From: an uncultured Planctomycetota bacterium
Lineage (GTDB): Bacteria; Planctomycetota; PLA2; JAEUHO01
Length of the DNA stretch: 64,000 bases
Direction: 5' to 3'
Assembly: GCA_963752285.1 (NCBI GenBank)
Contig: CAVVXN010000005.1
Location: 1,184,001-1,248,000 of the forward strand
Part shown: positions 1 through 8,680 of the stretch, one piece after another
How the letters are laid out: the number at the start of each line of letters is the position of its first letter
Numbering within the stretch: the stretch's first letter is position 1
Notes under the pieces: generated by a model
What the model was told of the DNA's origin: nothing
The model's database searches: none
The model's input: only the letters and a program-made list of their open reading frames with translations
Program-made: the position numbers and the translations under genes

Positions 1-256
1 CGACGCTGCCGTACGCGGTCATCACGATGACGGGGGTCTCGGGCTGCCGCGCCTTCACCTGCTCGAGGAGGTCGAGGCCGTCGAGCTCGCCGGGCAGCAC
101 GACGTCCGTCAGCACGAGGTCCACCGGTCGTTCCTCGACGACCGTGAGCGCCGACTCGGCGTCCTCGGTCAGCTCGACGGCGTGCGCGGGCGAGAACACC
201 TCTCCCAGGGCCTCGCGCGCGTGCTTCTCGTCCTCCACGATCAGGATCCGCGCCAC
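1..256 (-). CDS. Response regulator receiver domain, 3'-truncated by window edge (probably NtrC-family)
   Basis: Read by hand from GTG at 256: MARILIVEDEKHAREALGEVF...VDLVLTDVVLPGELDGLDLLEQVKARQPETPVIVMTAYGSV. It shows the acidic pocket, phospho-Asp and TAYG motifs. GGAGG lies upstream and the gene directly follows the kinase. Not in the ORF track. Confidence 0.9.
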   Translation of the reverse strand, partial: MARILIVEDEKHAREALGEVFSPAHAVELTEDAESALTVVEERPVDLVLTDVVLPGELDGLDLLEQVKARQPETPVIVMTAYGSV

Positions 257-257
257 G

Positions 258-1394
258 CTACCTCCCGAAGGGACCCGACTCGCCCGCCCCGCCGTCCGGC
301 GGCAGGTGGATCACGAACCGCGACCCGCCCCCCGGACGGGCGAGGACCTCCAGCTCGCCTCCGTGCCGCTCGACGGCCCGGCGCGCGAGCGGCAGGCCGA
401 GCCCGGTGCCGCCCCGCTTGCTGGTCCAGAACAGCTCGAACACGCGTTCCCGCGACTCCGCGGGGATCCCGGGCCCGTCGTCGTCCACGACCACGACGGT
501 ACTGTGCGGGTCGTCACGCGTGGCGATCCAGACGTTGCCGGCCTGGCCCGCGGCGTCGATCGCGTTCGAGACGATGTTCGTGAGCGCCCGGTCCATCCCC
601 GTGTGGTCGAGGGGCACGCGGCGGCGGCTCGCGAGGTGCATGTGGATGCGCACGCCCCCCGTGTCGGCCATCTCGCGCAGGCGACCGACTGCCTCCTGGA
701 CGATCGCGTCCACGCTCTCCTCACGCGTCACGGTCGGCCCGCCCCGGCTCACCTCGAGGAGGTTCTGGACGAGCGTGTTCATCCGCTTCACCTCGGCGAT
801 CATCTGGTCGATGCGCGACGTGGGCGGCTCGGGGGACGGCTCCGGCCCGGAGAGGCTCTCGCGCAGGAGCTGCAGGTTCAGCGAGAGCGAGTTGAGGGGG
901 TTTCGGATCTCGTGGGCGATCCCGGCGCCGAGCGCCGCGATCGCCATTCCGCGCACCTTGAGGCGCTTCCGCTCCTCCTCCTTCGCGCCGAGCGTGATGT
1001 CCTCGAAGCAGAGGACGCTGCCCAGCACCTCGTCCCGGCCCCCCCGCATCGGCGCGATCGTCGCCCGGACGACCCGCAGGCCGAGCGGATGCCGCGGGAA
1101 GGTCCGCGCCTCTCCGCCCGCGAGGACCGCGGCGATCAGGGTCGCCCAGTCCACGTTCGGGTCCTCCACGAGCCAGGGCACGGCGTCGAGCAGGGGCCGG
1201 CCGATGGCCTCGGATCGCGGACCGGCCACCTCGGCGAGCGCCGGGTTCCACACGATCACCCGTCCGGCGGCGTCGGTCGCGGCCACCTCGAGGGGGAGCG
1301 CGTCCGCGAGCGCCTCCAGGCGCAGCGCGTAGTCCTGCTCCGGCAGGATGCGGAGGAGGATCTCGCTGTAGTGGAGGAAACGCCCGCTGGCCAC
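258..1394 (-). CDS. PAS-domain sensor histidine kinase
   Basis: PAS-like N-terminus (DAAGRVIVWNPA...AIGRPL), H-box AHEIRNPL, N-box NIVSNAIDA, G1 DDGPGIP, G2 GGTGLGL. Confidence 0.93.
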   Translation of the reverse strand: MASGRFLHYSEILLRILPEQDYALRLEALADALPLEVAATDAAGRVIVWNPALAEVAGPRSEAIGRPLLDAVPWLVEDPNVDWATLIAAVLAGGEARTFPRHPLGLRVVRATIAPMRGGRDEVLGSVLCFEDITLGAKEEERKRLKVRGMAIAALGAGIAHEIRNPLNSLSLNLQLLRESLSGPEPSPEPPTSRIDQMIAEVKRMNTLVQNLLEVSRGGPTVTREESVDAIVQEAVGRLREMADTGGVRIHMHLASRRRVPLDHTGMDRALTNIVSNAIDAAGQAGNVWIATRDDPHSTVVVVDDDGPGIPAESRERVFELFWTSKRGGTGLGLPLARRAVERHGGELEVLARPGGGSRFVIHLPPDGGAGESGPFGR

Positions 1395-1441
1395 GGACGG
1401 ATCCTACCCGTCCGATCCGCGGCCCCCGGCGCCCTCGTCGC

Positions 1442-2134
1442 CTATCCTTCGCCGCCGTCGTCGGCCTCGGCCCGCCGGTGGCCCTCGGAGCGCCACCACT
1501 GGCGCCACCGGTCGCGGGCCTCGGCGCGCGCCATGGCATCGCCCAGCGCGCGGTAGCCGAACTCGCGCATCGCGAGGCGCCTCAGCGCGCGGGACGCGGC
1601 GAGGCGCACCCCGACGTCGTCGTCGTCGAGACGCTCGATCAGGCTCGGCACGGCGCGGAGACGGCCCCGGTGGCCCAGGTCGTCCGCCGCCTCGCGGCGC
1701 ACCGCCGCCCACGGCCCGGAGAGCCACGCGGTGACCCCCTTCGCCGGTAGCACGGCGAGGATCGAGCGAACGACGGGCGCGGTCGTGGACACGGGGGTGC
1801 CTCCCGGGCCGGACACGGTCTGGTCTCCCGCGCGCCCGAGCGCGTCCAGCGCCGGCGGGCCCGCCGCCACCAGACGTTCCGCGGCGTGCTGGCGCGCCAC
1901 GAAGTCGGACGACGCGAGCCTCGCGACGTCGGCCGCGAGCGTCGCGTCTGCGGGGCGGTCCGCCGCGGGGCCATCCGAGGTCGCGACCCAGGTCGCCGCC
2001 ACGGGAGGCCCGGAGGGGGCCGCCGCGCGGCCCCCGGCTGGGCCGAGCGGACGGCTCGCGCAGGCGGGGAGCAGACACGCGGCCGAGAGGGCCACGAGCC
2101 AGCTCGCGCGGGTCGGGATCGGGGTGGCCGCCAT
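1442..2134 (-). CDS. HEAT-repeat lipoprotein
   Basis: Start reassigned to ATG 2134: MAATPIPTRASWLVALSAACLLPAC (lipobox-like). HEAT/PBS-like repeats ARQHAAERL, VRREAADDLG, LIERLDDDDVGVRLAASRAL. Confidence 0.72.
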   Translation of the reverse strand: MAATPIPTRASWLVALSAACLLPACASRPLGPAGGRAAAPSGPPVAATWVATSDGPAADRPADATLAADVARLASSDFVARQHAAERLVAAGPPALDALGRAGDQTVSGPGGTPVSTTAPVVRSILAVLPAKGVTAWLSGPWAAVRREAADDLGHRGRLRAVPSLIERLDDDDVGVRLAASRALRRLAMREFGYRALGDAMARAEARDRWRQWWRSEGHRRAEADDGGEG

Positions 2135-2224
2135 CGGGAAGCTCGAGACCCAGGCCGGAGCCCGCCACGCCGGGTCGGCGCACGGGCCCCGAGCGGGGCT
2201 CCGCCTTCTATCATCGGCCCATCC

Positions 2225-2587
2225 GTGCAGCGAGGCACCTCCCATCCCAAGTCCGCCCGCCTCCTCGACCGGAGGGACTTTCGTCACGTTCTCGACCACG
2301 GGGAGGTGCATCCGGGCCGGGAGGCGCTCGTCCGGAGAGTCGCCAACGGCCGCGGCCGGCCGCGTCTCGGCCTCTCCACGCCCCGTCGCTACGGGGGCGC
2401 CGTCGCCCGGAACCGCTTTCGGCGGCTCGTCCGGGAAGCGTTTCGTCAGGCCCAACACGATCTCGGCGCGTACGACTACCTCGTGTCCCCGCGACGTCAC
2501 CTGGCGCGTCCGACGCTCCCGGGGATCGCGCGGGACCTCGCCGCGAGCGCCGACCCGACCCGGGCCTCGCACCGGCCGTCACGGTGA
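2225..2587 (+). CDS. rnpA: Ribonuclease P protein component
   Basis: C-terminal part of ORF 1886..2587 from GTG 2225: RLLDRRDF, PRLGLSTPRRYGGAVARNRFRRLVREAFR (RNR motif). Followed by yidD. Confidence 0.92.
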   Translation: MQRGTSHPKSARLLDRRDFRHVLDHGEVHPGREALVRRVANGRGRPRLGLSTPRRYGGAVARNRFRRLVREAFRQAQHDLGAYDYLVSPRRHLARPTLPGIARDLAASADPTRASHRPSR

Positions 2588-2823
2588 TCCGCGCGCTCCT
2601 CCTCCTCCTCGTGCGCGCCTACCGGCTCTTCGTCTCGCCGTGGGTGCCCCCGGTCTGTCGGTTCACGCCCACGTGCGCCCGCTACGCCGAGGAGGCTCTA
2701 CGGCGCCACGGCGCGCTCCGGGGGTCGTGGCTCGCGCTCCGGCGTCTGCTCCGGTGCCGACCCGGGGGGGGCGCGGGCTACGACCCGGTCCCGGAGCGCG
2801 AAGTCAGCGCCCCTCGGCCCTGA
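2584..2823 (+). CDS. yidD: Membrane protein insertion efficiency factor YidD
   Basis: YRLFVSP...CRFTPTCARYAEEAL...LRRLLRCRP...GYDPVP motif. GTGA overlap with rnpA. Confidence 0.95.
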   Translation: MIRALLLLLVRAYRLFVSPWVPPVCRFTPTCARYAEEALRRHGALRGSWLALRRLLRCRPGGGAGYDPVPEREVSAPRP

Positions 2824-5794
2824 GGTCGATCGTGGTCTCGAGGTCCGACTTCATGCCGAGCCAGGACGAGTCCAGGTACAGGTGCGAGAGGTTCTCCCCC
2901 AATCGCGCCCGCATCACGTCCATCAGCTCGAGCGCGTACCGCGCGGGCGTCAGCGCCTGCGGCGGCGGGAACGCCTGGTCCTTCACGCGCACGAGGAACG
3001 CGGCGTCGGTGCCGTCCGCGCGGTCGTCCCGGAGCATGGTGCGCCCGAGCGTCCCGACCTCGATGCCGTCCTCGCCCTCGCTCTCTTCCTTCGCGGGGCG
3101 CACGACCTCGTAGCCCTGCTGGCGCACGTAGTCCTTGAGCTTCGCCGCGATCTGGGCCTCCTCGGACTCCCCCCCGGGCACGGGAGGGCTCTTCGGCGGG
3201 CTCGGTCCCACGAAGAGGCCCGTCGTGCCCTTCACGTACGGGATGTCCTTCTCCTTGCTCCAGCGCTCGAGCGTCTCGTCCCAGATCGCTTCCCGGTCCG
3301 GCGCCGCCGGCGCCGCCGCGGGCGCCGCGCCGCCCGCCGGCGGGTTCCCCCCGGGGGGCGGTGCGCCCGGCGCGGCCCCGGGCACCGCGCCCGGTGCCCC
3401 TCCCGGTGCCCCTCCCGGTGCGCCCCCCGGCGGAGGCGGGGTCTCGCTGCCGGAGGAGGTCGCCTTCGTGAACGCCGTCTCGTACTCCTTCTTCAGGCTC
3501 TCGAGCGCGTCCACGGCGAGGTCCCGCGCGCGCCGCACGAGGTAGCGCTCGAAGACCGCGTCCCGAACGTCGGCGAGCGGGGGCTCGCGCTCGCCCAGGA
3601 GCTCGATGTTCTGGAGGATCGCCTTCGTGTTGGCGTCGTGGAGGTTCGTCGGCACCGCGGCGAGCTCGCCGGGGTCGTCGAGACCCTGGAAGCCGCCTCC
3701 GGACGTCAGGTTCGGATCGCTTCCGAGATCGGGGAGCGCTTCCCACTGATCGCGCGTCAGGGGCTCCGCGGTCTCGTAGTAGCCGAGATAGCGCGCGTCG
3801 CCGGATCCGGGGAGGAACGGCCCGAGCGGGTCGTCGAGGAGCGACTTCATCGTGACGAGCGCCGGCTCCGCGCCGGGGTCCGGTCCGCCCTTCTCGGCCG
3901 CCTTCTTCGCCTTCTCCCAGTCGTCGTGCGCGGTCTTCGAACGACGCACGCGCTCGAGGAGGTCGTCGAAGACCTTCTCGAAGAACTGCTCGCGGAGCAG
4001 GATCTCGCGCCAGCCCTTCTCGAGGTAGGGCACGCGGTCGGGGCTGGTCTCGGGCACGAGGTCGGGGGGCGGCGGACCGAAGATGTCCTTGTCCGGAACG
4101 AGCACGGCCGGGTGGTCGGGCGCGATCCGCTTCGCGAGCTCGGCCCCGTGGCCGTGCTCCGGGTCCGCCGGGTCCGCCGCCTTGTAGTACGTGTCGGGGT
4201 GGTAGGTCCGCCAGCGCTGGAACGCCTCGGCCTCGTCCGGGTGGTCGTCGGGGAACGCCGCCCACATGCGCCGGAGCACGTCGTTCGGGACGAGCGGGAG
4301 GTGCGCGAAGAGCGCCCGGAACTTGCGCTGCACCGGCAGGCGGAAGTCGTCGCGTACGCCCGGGTCCTGATAGTACTTCTCGAGGTCGCCCTCGTTCCCG
4401 GACTGGAGATCGTCGTCCGTGTCGAGCGCCTCGTCGGGGCCCGCGCTCACGACGGCGAAGCCTCGCGTCAGGGGTTCGACGAGACGTACGCGCAGCGGGT
4501 GCTTCCAGGCGTCCTCGGGGATTTCGCCGAGGGCCGCAAGGACCCGCGGCCCCGGAGCGACCGACGCCTTCGGCCGGCTCGCCTCGGCGGAGAGGTCGTC
4601 ACCGCCGCCGTTCGCGCCGTCCGGTCCGTCCGAGGTGACCACGGCCGTCTCGCCCTCCGCCGGCGGCGCGTACCGGAGCGGGTGGTCCCAGCCGTCGTTC
4701 GGTAGCGAGGTCAGCGGAGCGATCGTCCCGGCCTTGGGCGAGGTGAGCAGTCGCTCGAGCTTCTCGGGCCAGGCGTTCACCGCGTTGTGCCAGCGCGCGA
4801 GCGCGTCCTGGACGCTTCCGAGCGCGGCGAGGGTCTTGACCTCCGCCAGCGTCGACGCGTCCAGGTCGTCGGCGGTCCCGGCCTCGCCGTCCGCGCCCCG
4901 GCTCGAGAGTCTCTCGCCGTCCGAGACGTACTCGAGATCGTGCTTCCAGCCGTCCTGGACGGGCTTCGCGGCGGCGGCGGGCAGGTCCGAGAGCTTCGCC
5001 GGCGCCTTGCCGTCGTGCGCCTTCTTCCAGGCGTCGATCTCGACCTGGACGCGCTCGAACGCGCGGAGCGTGAAGTCGATCGCGGCCAGCCGGTCGCGCA
5101 CCTGCTGGATGCGGGTCCGCGTGGTCTCGATCTGGCGGGCCTTCAGCTGGAAGTCCCGGCCACGAAGCGCGACGTACGCGAGGTCCACCTGCTCGTGCGC
5201 CTTCCGCCACGTCGCGTAGGCGTCGTCGAAGGTCAGGCCGTAGCGGGTCGTGTCCACGAGCGGACGGGCGAACTCGTCCTTCATGACTACGTCGCGCACC
5301 ACGTCCTGGAACTGCGTGGCCGAGCCGCGGAAGTACTCCTGGAGGAACTTGTCGTAGAGCGCGTCGTTGAACTGGAGCCCGTGCATCGCGCCGGAAACGG
5401 CCTCGCGCACCCCGACGGGGAGCTGGAACTCCTCCCCGACGGCGTATCCGGCCTCCCGGGCGGAGCCGGCGAGCATCAGGTGGCTCCAGGTCGTCGGGAT
5501 CCAAGGCTGGCGCGCGCGCAGGCCCTGGAAGTAGACGGAGTACCGGATGGACGGGGACCCGTAGTACTGCAGGAACGCCGTGTACGGCTGGCGGTGGTTC
5601 ACGAAGTCGAGGTCGGAGATGGTGACCCGCTCGGTCGGCGTCGCCGCGAAGGAGCCCGAGTAGTCGCGGCCGCCGACCATCTGCTGCCCGCACTTCACGG
5701 CGCCCACCACCGAGAAGGACACGAGGAGCAGGATCACGAGCCCCAGGAGGATGTGGCGCTCGTACTTCTTCATTCGCTTCGAGAAGCGGCTCAC
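2804..5794 (-). CDS. PpiD/SurA-like membrane-anchored periplasmic chaperone with three inserted GspG-like modules
   Basis: N-terminal TM (ILLGLVILLLVSFSV) and SurA_N-like segment (FNDALYDKFL...FQDVVRD...EQVDLAYVAL). The PpiD-like pattern resumes at DLEKYY...FRLPVQRK after three D(G/A)W...S.G.D...DDL modules. Confidence 0.65.
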   Translation of the reverse strand: MSRFSKRMKKYERHILLGLVILLLVSFSVVGAVKCGQQMVGGRDYSGSFAATPTERVTISDLDFVNHRQPYTAFLQYYGSPSIRYSVYFQGLRARQPWIPTTWSHLMLAGSAREAGYAVGEEFQLPVGVREAVSGAMHGLQFNDALYDKFLQEYFRGSATQFQDVVRDVVMKDEFARPLVDTTRYGLTFDDAYATWRKAHEQVDLAYVALRGRDFQLKARQIETTRTRIQQVRDRLAAIDFTLRAFERVQVEIDAWKKAHDGKAPAKLSDLPAAAAKPVQDGWKHDLEYVSDGERLSSRGADGEAGTADDLDASTLAEVKTLAALGSVQDALARWHNAVNAWPEKLERLLTSPKAGTIAPLTSLPNDGWDHPLRYAPPAEGETAVVTSDGPDGANGGGDDLSAEASRPKASVAPGPRVLAALGEIPEDAWKHPLRVRLVEPLTRGFAVVSAGPDEALDTDDDLQSGNEGDLEKYYQDPGVRDDFRLPVQRKFRALFAHLPLVPNDVLRRMWAAFPDDHPDEAEAFQRWRTYHPDTYYKAADPADPEHGHGAELAKRIAPDHPAVLVPDKDIFGPPPPDLVPETSPDRVPYLEKGWREILLREQFFEKVFDDLLERVRRSKTAHDDWEKAKKAAEKGGPDPGAEPALVTMKSLLDDPLGPFLPGSGDARYLGYYETAEPLTRDQWEALPDLGSDPNLTSGGGFQGLDDPGELAAVPTNLHDANTKAILQNIELLGEREPPLADVRDAVFERYLVRRARDLAVDALESLKKEYETAFTKATSSGSETPPPPGGAPGGAPGGAPGAVPGAAPGAPPPGGNPPAGGAAPAAAPAAPDREAIWDETLERWSKEKDIPYVKGTTGLFVGPSPPKSPPVPGGESEEAQIAAKLKDYVRQQGYEVVRPAKEESEGEDGIEVGTLGRTMLRDDRADGTDAAFLVRVKDQAFPPPQALTPARYALELMDVMRARLGENLSHLYLDSSWLGMKSDLETTIDLRAEGR
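3390..3425. repeat. 12-bp tandem repeat x3 (cccggtgcccct) encoding GGAP repeats
   Basis: cccggtgcccct cccggtgcccct cccggtgcgccc, within a Pro/Gly/Ala linker of the 996-aa protein. Confidence 0.8.
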
Positions 5795-6200
5795 GTCGGA
5801 CTCCGTCGGAACGCGGTTCGAGTCGGACGAGGATACCGGCCGTCGGGCGGGATCCGGCGTACTGCTCGGGCTCGGCGGGGCGCAGGCGGTCGGCGCGGAC
5901 TATCGGTGCCGCCGCCCCTCGTCCGGGGCCGCGTGCCCCGCGGGCCACGGTCCCGCGCGCGGCCCGGCGGACGCCAGGAGCCCGAATCCGGCGCCGATGC
6001 CCGTCGGTCGCCCCGCCCCGCGGCGCCCCGCGGAGTCGCGGCCCCGTCGCGCCGCGGACACGCCGTGTGCGAGCGCGCCACGGGAACGAGTCCGAGCGGC
6101 CGGCGTAAGCTCCCGAACGGCGGGATCTTGCATCCGACGCGTCGCGCGCTCCACGGCCTCGCGGGCCAGCGCCGCCCAACCTCGGTAGGCTTGGCGCGCC

Positions 6201-7034
6201 ATGGAAGAGGAACGCGCCCCCGAGAGCCCGAGCCAAGCCGCGCCCGGCCGCGCCGCTCCGGTCGGGGGCGGACCGGATGCCGGGGAGGCGGCCCGACCGT
6301 CCGACGAGGCGGCGCCGCCCGAGGCGGCCCCCGCAGGCCCCCGTCCGACGGCGATGCGCGCGACCGAGGACGAGTCCGCGAAGGGCGGGGCGGGATCGGA
6401 GGACGACGCGGCCGAGGACGGGGACGGGGACGAGGACGGGAACGGGGCCGACGAGGCCGCCGCCGGCGCGCGTCCGGCCCGGAAGAAGACGAAGCGCGCG
6501 TTCTCGCCGGTACCGCCGGAACGGCTCGTCGGCGCGGTCGAGGCCATGCTCCTCGCCGCAGGGGACGTGCTGACCCCCGAGCGGCTCCGCGAGCTGCTGG
6601 CGCTCCCGTCCGTGATCCCCGTCCGGGAGGCGGTCGAGGAGGTCGAGCGCCGCTTTCGGGCGGCCGACCTCGCGGTCGAGATCCGCGAGCTCGCCGGCGG
6701 CTGGCGCGTCACGACGCGCCCCGAGTACGCGGAGTACGTCGCGCGCCTGCGGCGCCGGGGCGCGAGCGACCGCCTGAGCCCGAGCCTCCTCGAGACGCTC
6801 TCGATCGTGGCGTACCGCCAGCCCGTGCCGCGCGTGGAGGTCGAGCGGATCCGCGGCGTCGCCTCGGGCGACGCGCTCCGTGCGCTGCTCGACCGACGGC
6901 TCCTCAAGGTCGTCGGCCGGAGCGACCAGCCGGGGCGCCCGCTCCTCTACGGAACCACGCGCCGGTTCCTCGAGGTGTTCGGCCTGTCGAGCCTCTCCGA
7001 CCTCCCGGCGAAGGGCGACCTCCGGGGCCTGTGA
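6201..7034 (+). CDS. scpB: SMC-Scp complex subunit ScpB with disordered N-terminal extension
   Basis: VEAMLLA, ELAGGWRVTTRPEY, LSPSLLETLSIVAYRQPV.R.EVERIRGV, PGRPLLYGTT..FL..FGL.SL.DLP. Confidence 0.95.
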   Translation: MEEERAPESPSQAAPGRAAPVGGGPDAGEAARPSDEAAPPEAAPAGPRPTAMRATEDESAKGGAGSEDDAAEDGDGDEDGNGADEAAAGARPARKKTKRAFSPVPPERLVGAVEAMLLAAGDVLTPERLRELLALPSVIPVREAVEEVERRFRAADLAVEIRELAGGWRVTTRPEYAEYVARLRRRGASDRLSPSLLETLSIVAYRQPVPRVEVERIRGVASGDALRALLDRRLLKVVGRSDQPGRPLLYGTTRRFLEVFGLSSLSDLPAKGDLRGL

Positions 7035-7053
7035 GCGACGGCGCGCGGGCGCC

Positions 7054-7974
7054 TCAGCGCGGCTCCGCGAGCAAACGCCCCTCGGGGTCGAACACCCGGA
7101 CGGCGAAGTCGCGGCGCATGCGCTGGCGCCACCGCTCGAACTCCGGTCGCTCGAGCGGGTGCCGACGCAGGTCCTCCTCGAGGCGCGCGACGAGCTCGCC
7201 GCGGGTGCCGGTCCACGGCGCGGTCCGGCCGACGACCTCGTAGACGTGCCACGTCGTGCGGCCCTCTTCGTCCACCCGCAGCGGGCCCACGAGGTCTCCG
7301 TCCGCCGCGGCGAAGAGCCGAGCCTCGACGTCCGGCCACGCGAGATCCCCCCGCGCCACCGAAGGCAGGACGCCGCCGGACTTGCCGGTGGGGTCGATCG
7401 ACTCCTGGAGCGCGGTCAACGCGAAGTCGGCGCCCTGACGCAGCCGCGCGAGCACACGGTCCGCGCGGTCCCGGTCGCCGAGCACGATCACGCGGACGTC
7501 CAGGCGCGGCCGACGGCGCGTGTCGAGTCGGACGATCCGCATCAGGAGGAGCTGCCTGCGAAGTCGGGGCGCGAGGACGTCCCGTTTCCAGCCCTCCACC
7601 GTCGTCTCGTACGCGCGCCGGATCTCGGACGCGAGGTCCACGTCCTCGCCGAACGTCCGGTGGAGCTCGGCCTCGCGCGAAGCCGCCTCCTTCTCCACGG
7701 CTTCCCGCACCGCGTCTCCGGGGACCCGGATCCCCAGCCGATCGGCCTCGCGGACGACGATCGTCTCGTCCACCAGGTCGTCCACCGCGCGGAGCCAGCT
7801 CTCACGCTGGCGGCGGAAGAGGAACGCGGCCAGCTCCGCCGGGGTGACGGGCTGCCCCCCGACGACCGCGACCGCGGACGAGGGCCCCTCCCCCTTGGCC
7901 GCGCCCGGCGTGCCCGCGAGCCCCACGACGGCGACCAACACACCGGCCGCGCAGAGGGCGCGGGCGGCGTTCAC
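7054..7974 (-). CDS. Parvulin-type peptidyl-prolyl isomerase / SurA-PrsA-like exported protein
   Basis: GTG 7974 overlaps the upstream stop. Signal peptide, AVVGGQPVT..EL, GADFALTALQESID...SGGVL, LVGPL rotamase motifs. Confidence 0.82.
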   Translation of the reverse strand: MNAARALCAAGVLVAVVGLAGTPGAAKGEGPSSAVAVVGGQPVTPAELAAFLFRRQRESWLRAVDDLVDETIVVREADRLGIRVPGDAVREAVEKEAASREAELHRTFGEDVDLASEIRRAYETTVEGWKRDVLAPRLRRQLLLMRIVRLDTRRRPRLDVRVIVLGDRDRADRVLARLRQGADFALTALQESIDPTGKSGGVLPSVARGDLAWPDVEARLFAAADGDLVGPLRVDEEGRTTWHVYEVVGRTAPWTGTRGELVARLEEDLRRHPLERPEFERWRQRMRRDFAVRVFDPEGRLLAEPR

Positions 7975-8561
7975 CGGCTGACCGCCTTGTTCCAGGCGGC
8001 CTTCGCCTTCTGGACGTCGCGGCTCGTGCAGTGCTCCGGGTTGAACATCCCGATGTCCGGGTCGTGTTCCGCGCCGCGGTACCACGTGTTCAGGATCTGG
8101 CTCACGAGGACGCGCGTCGTGACGTCGTCGTCTCCCAGGAGCTTGATCAGCTTGGTCTTGGCGAAGTACGCCCGCGGTTTGCGCCCGTTCGGCGCCTTCT
8201 CGGCGAGGTCGGGATCGGTGTTCCTCGCCCGGGACTCCATCAGCGCCTGCGCCGCCTTCTCCCGCAGGTCCTTCGGAGCGGTCTTGTCGGACACCATCTT
8301 GACGAGGTCCTCCGCCGTCACGCTGCCGCGCGCCTTGAACTCCTTCTCGCTGTACGACTTGTAGAGCTCGATCTCCCGGTATCGCTCGTCGCGGCGCGCG
8401 AGCTCGGCGACCTGGCCCAGCCGGAGGGCCGCCTCGTCGAGCGCCCGGGAGAGCGCATCCACGTCGGTCGGCTCGTCCGACGCCGACGGCCCACCGACGG
8501 CGGTCGTCGCCCCCACGAGGAAGACCAGGGCCAGGGGTAGCAGGAGGAGGCGGCGGGACAT
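7971..8561 (-). CDS. Exported helical (HEAT-like) hypothetical protein
   Basis: Signal peptide MSRRLLLLPLALVFLVG, coding-like composition, LIKLLGDDDVTTRV HEAT-like motif, GGAGG upstream. Confidence 0.75.
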   Translation of the reverse strand: MSRRLLLLPLALVFLVGATTAVGGPSASDEPTDVDALSRALDEAALRLGQVAELARRDERYREIELYKSYSEKEFKARGSVTAEDLVKMVSDKTAPKDLREKAAQALMESRARNTDPDLAEKAPNGRKPRAYFAKTKLIKLLGDDDVTTRVLVSQILNTWYRGAEHDPDIGMFNPEHCTSRDVQKAKAAWNKAVSR

Positions 8562-8680
8562 GGGAGGGACCTCCAGAGGCGTCCCATCCTATCGGCTCGG
8601 TCGCGCCCCGACGAGGCTCGCTGCGGTCGCAGGGCCCGCGGGCGGCGTCGGCGGGCGCGGTCGGCGCGGGCTCCCTCTCC

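Noticed and set aside
5795..6200. ncRNA in the 400-bp divergent intergenic region
   Set aside because: It contains only short GC-rich stems, with no recognisable tRNA, tmRNA, RNase P RNA or riboswitch features.
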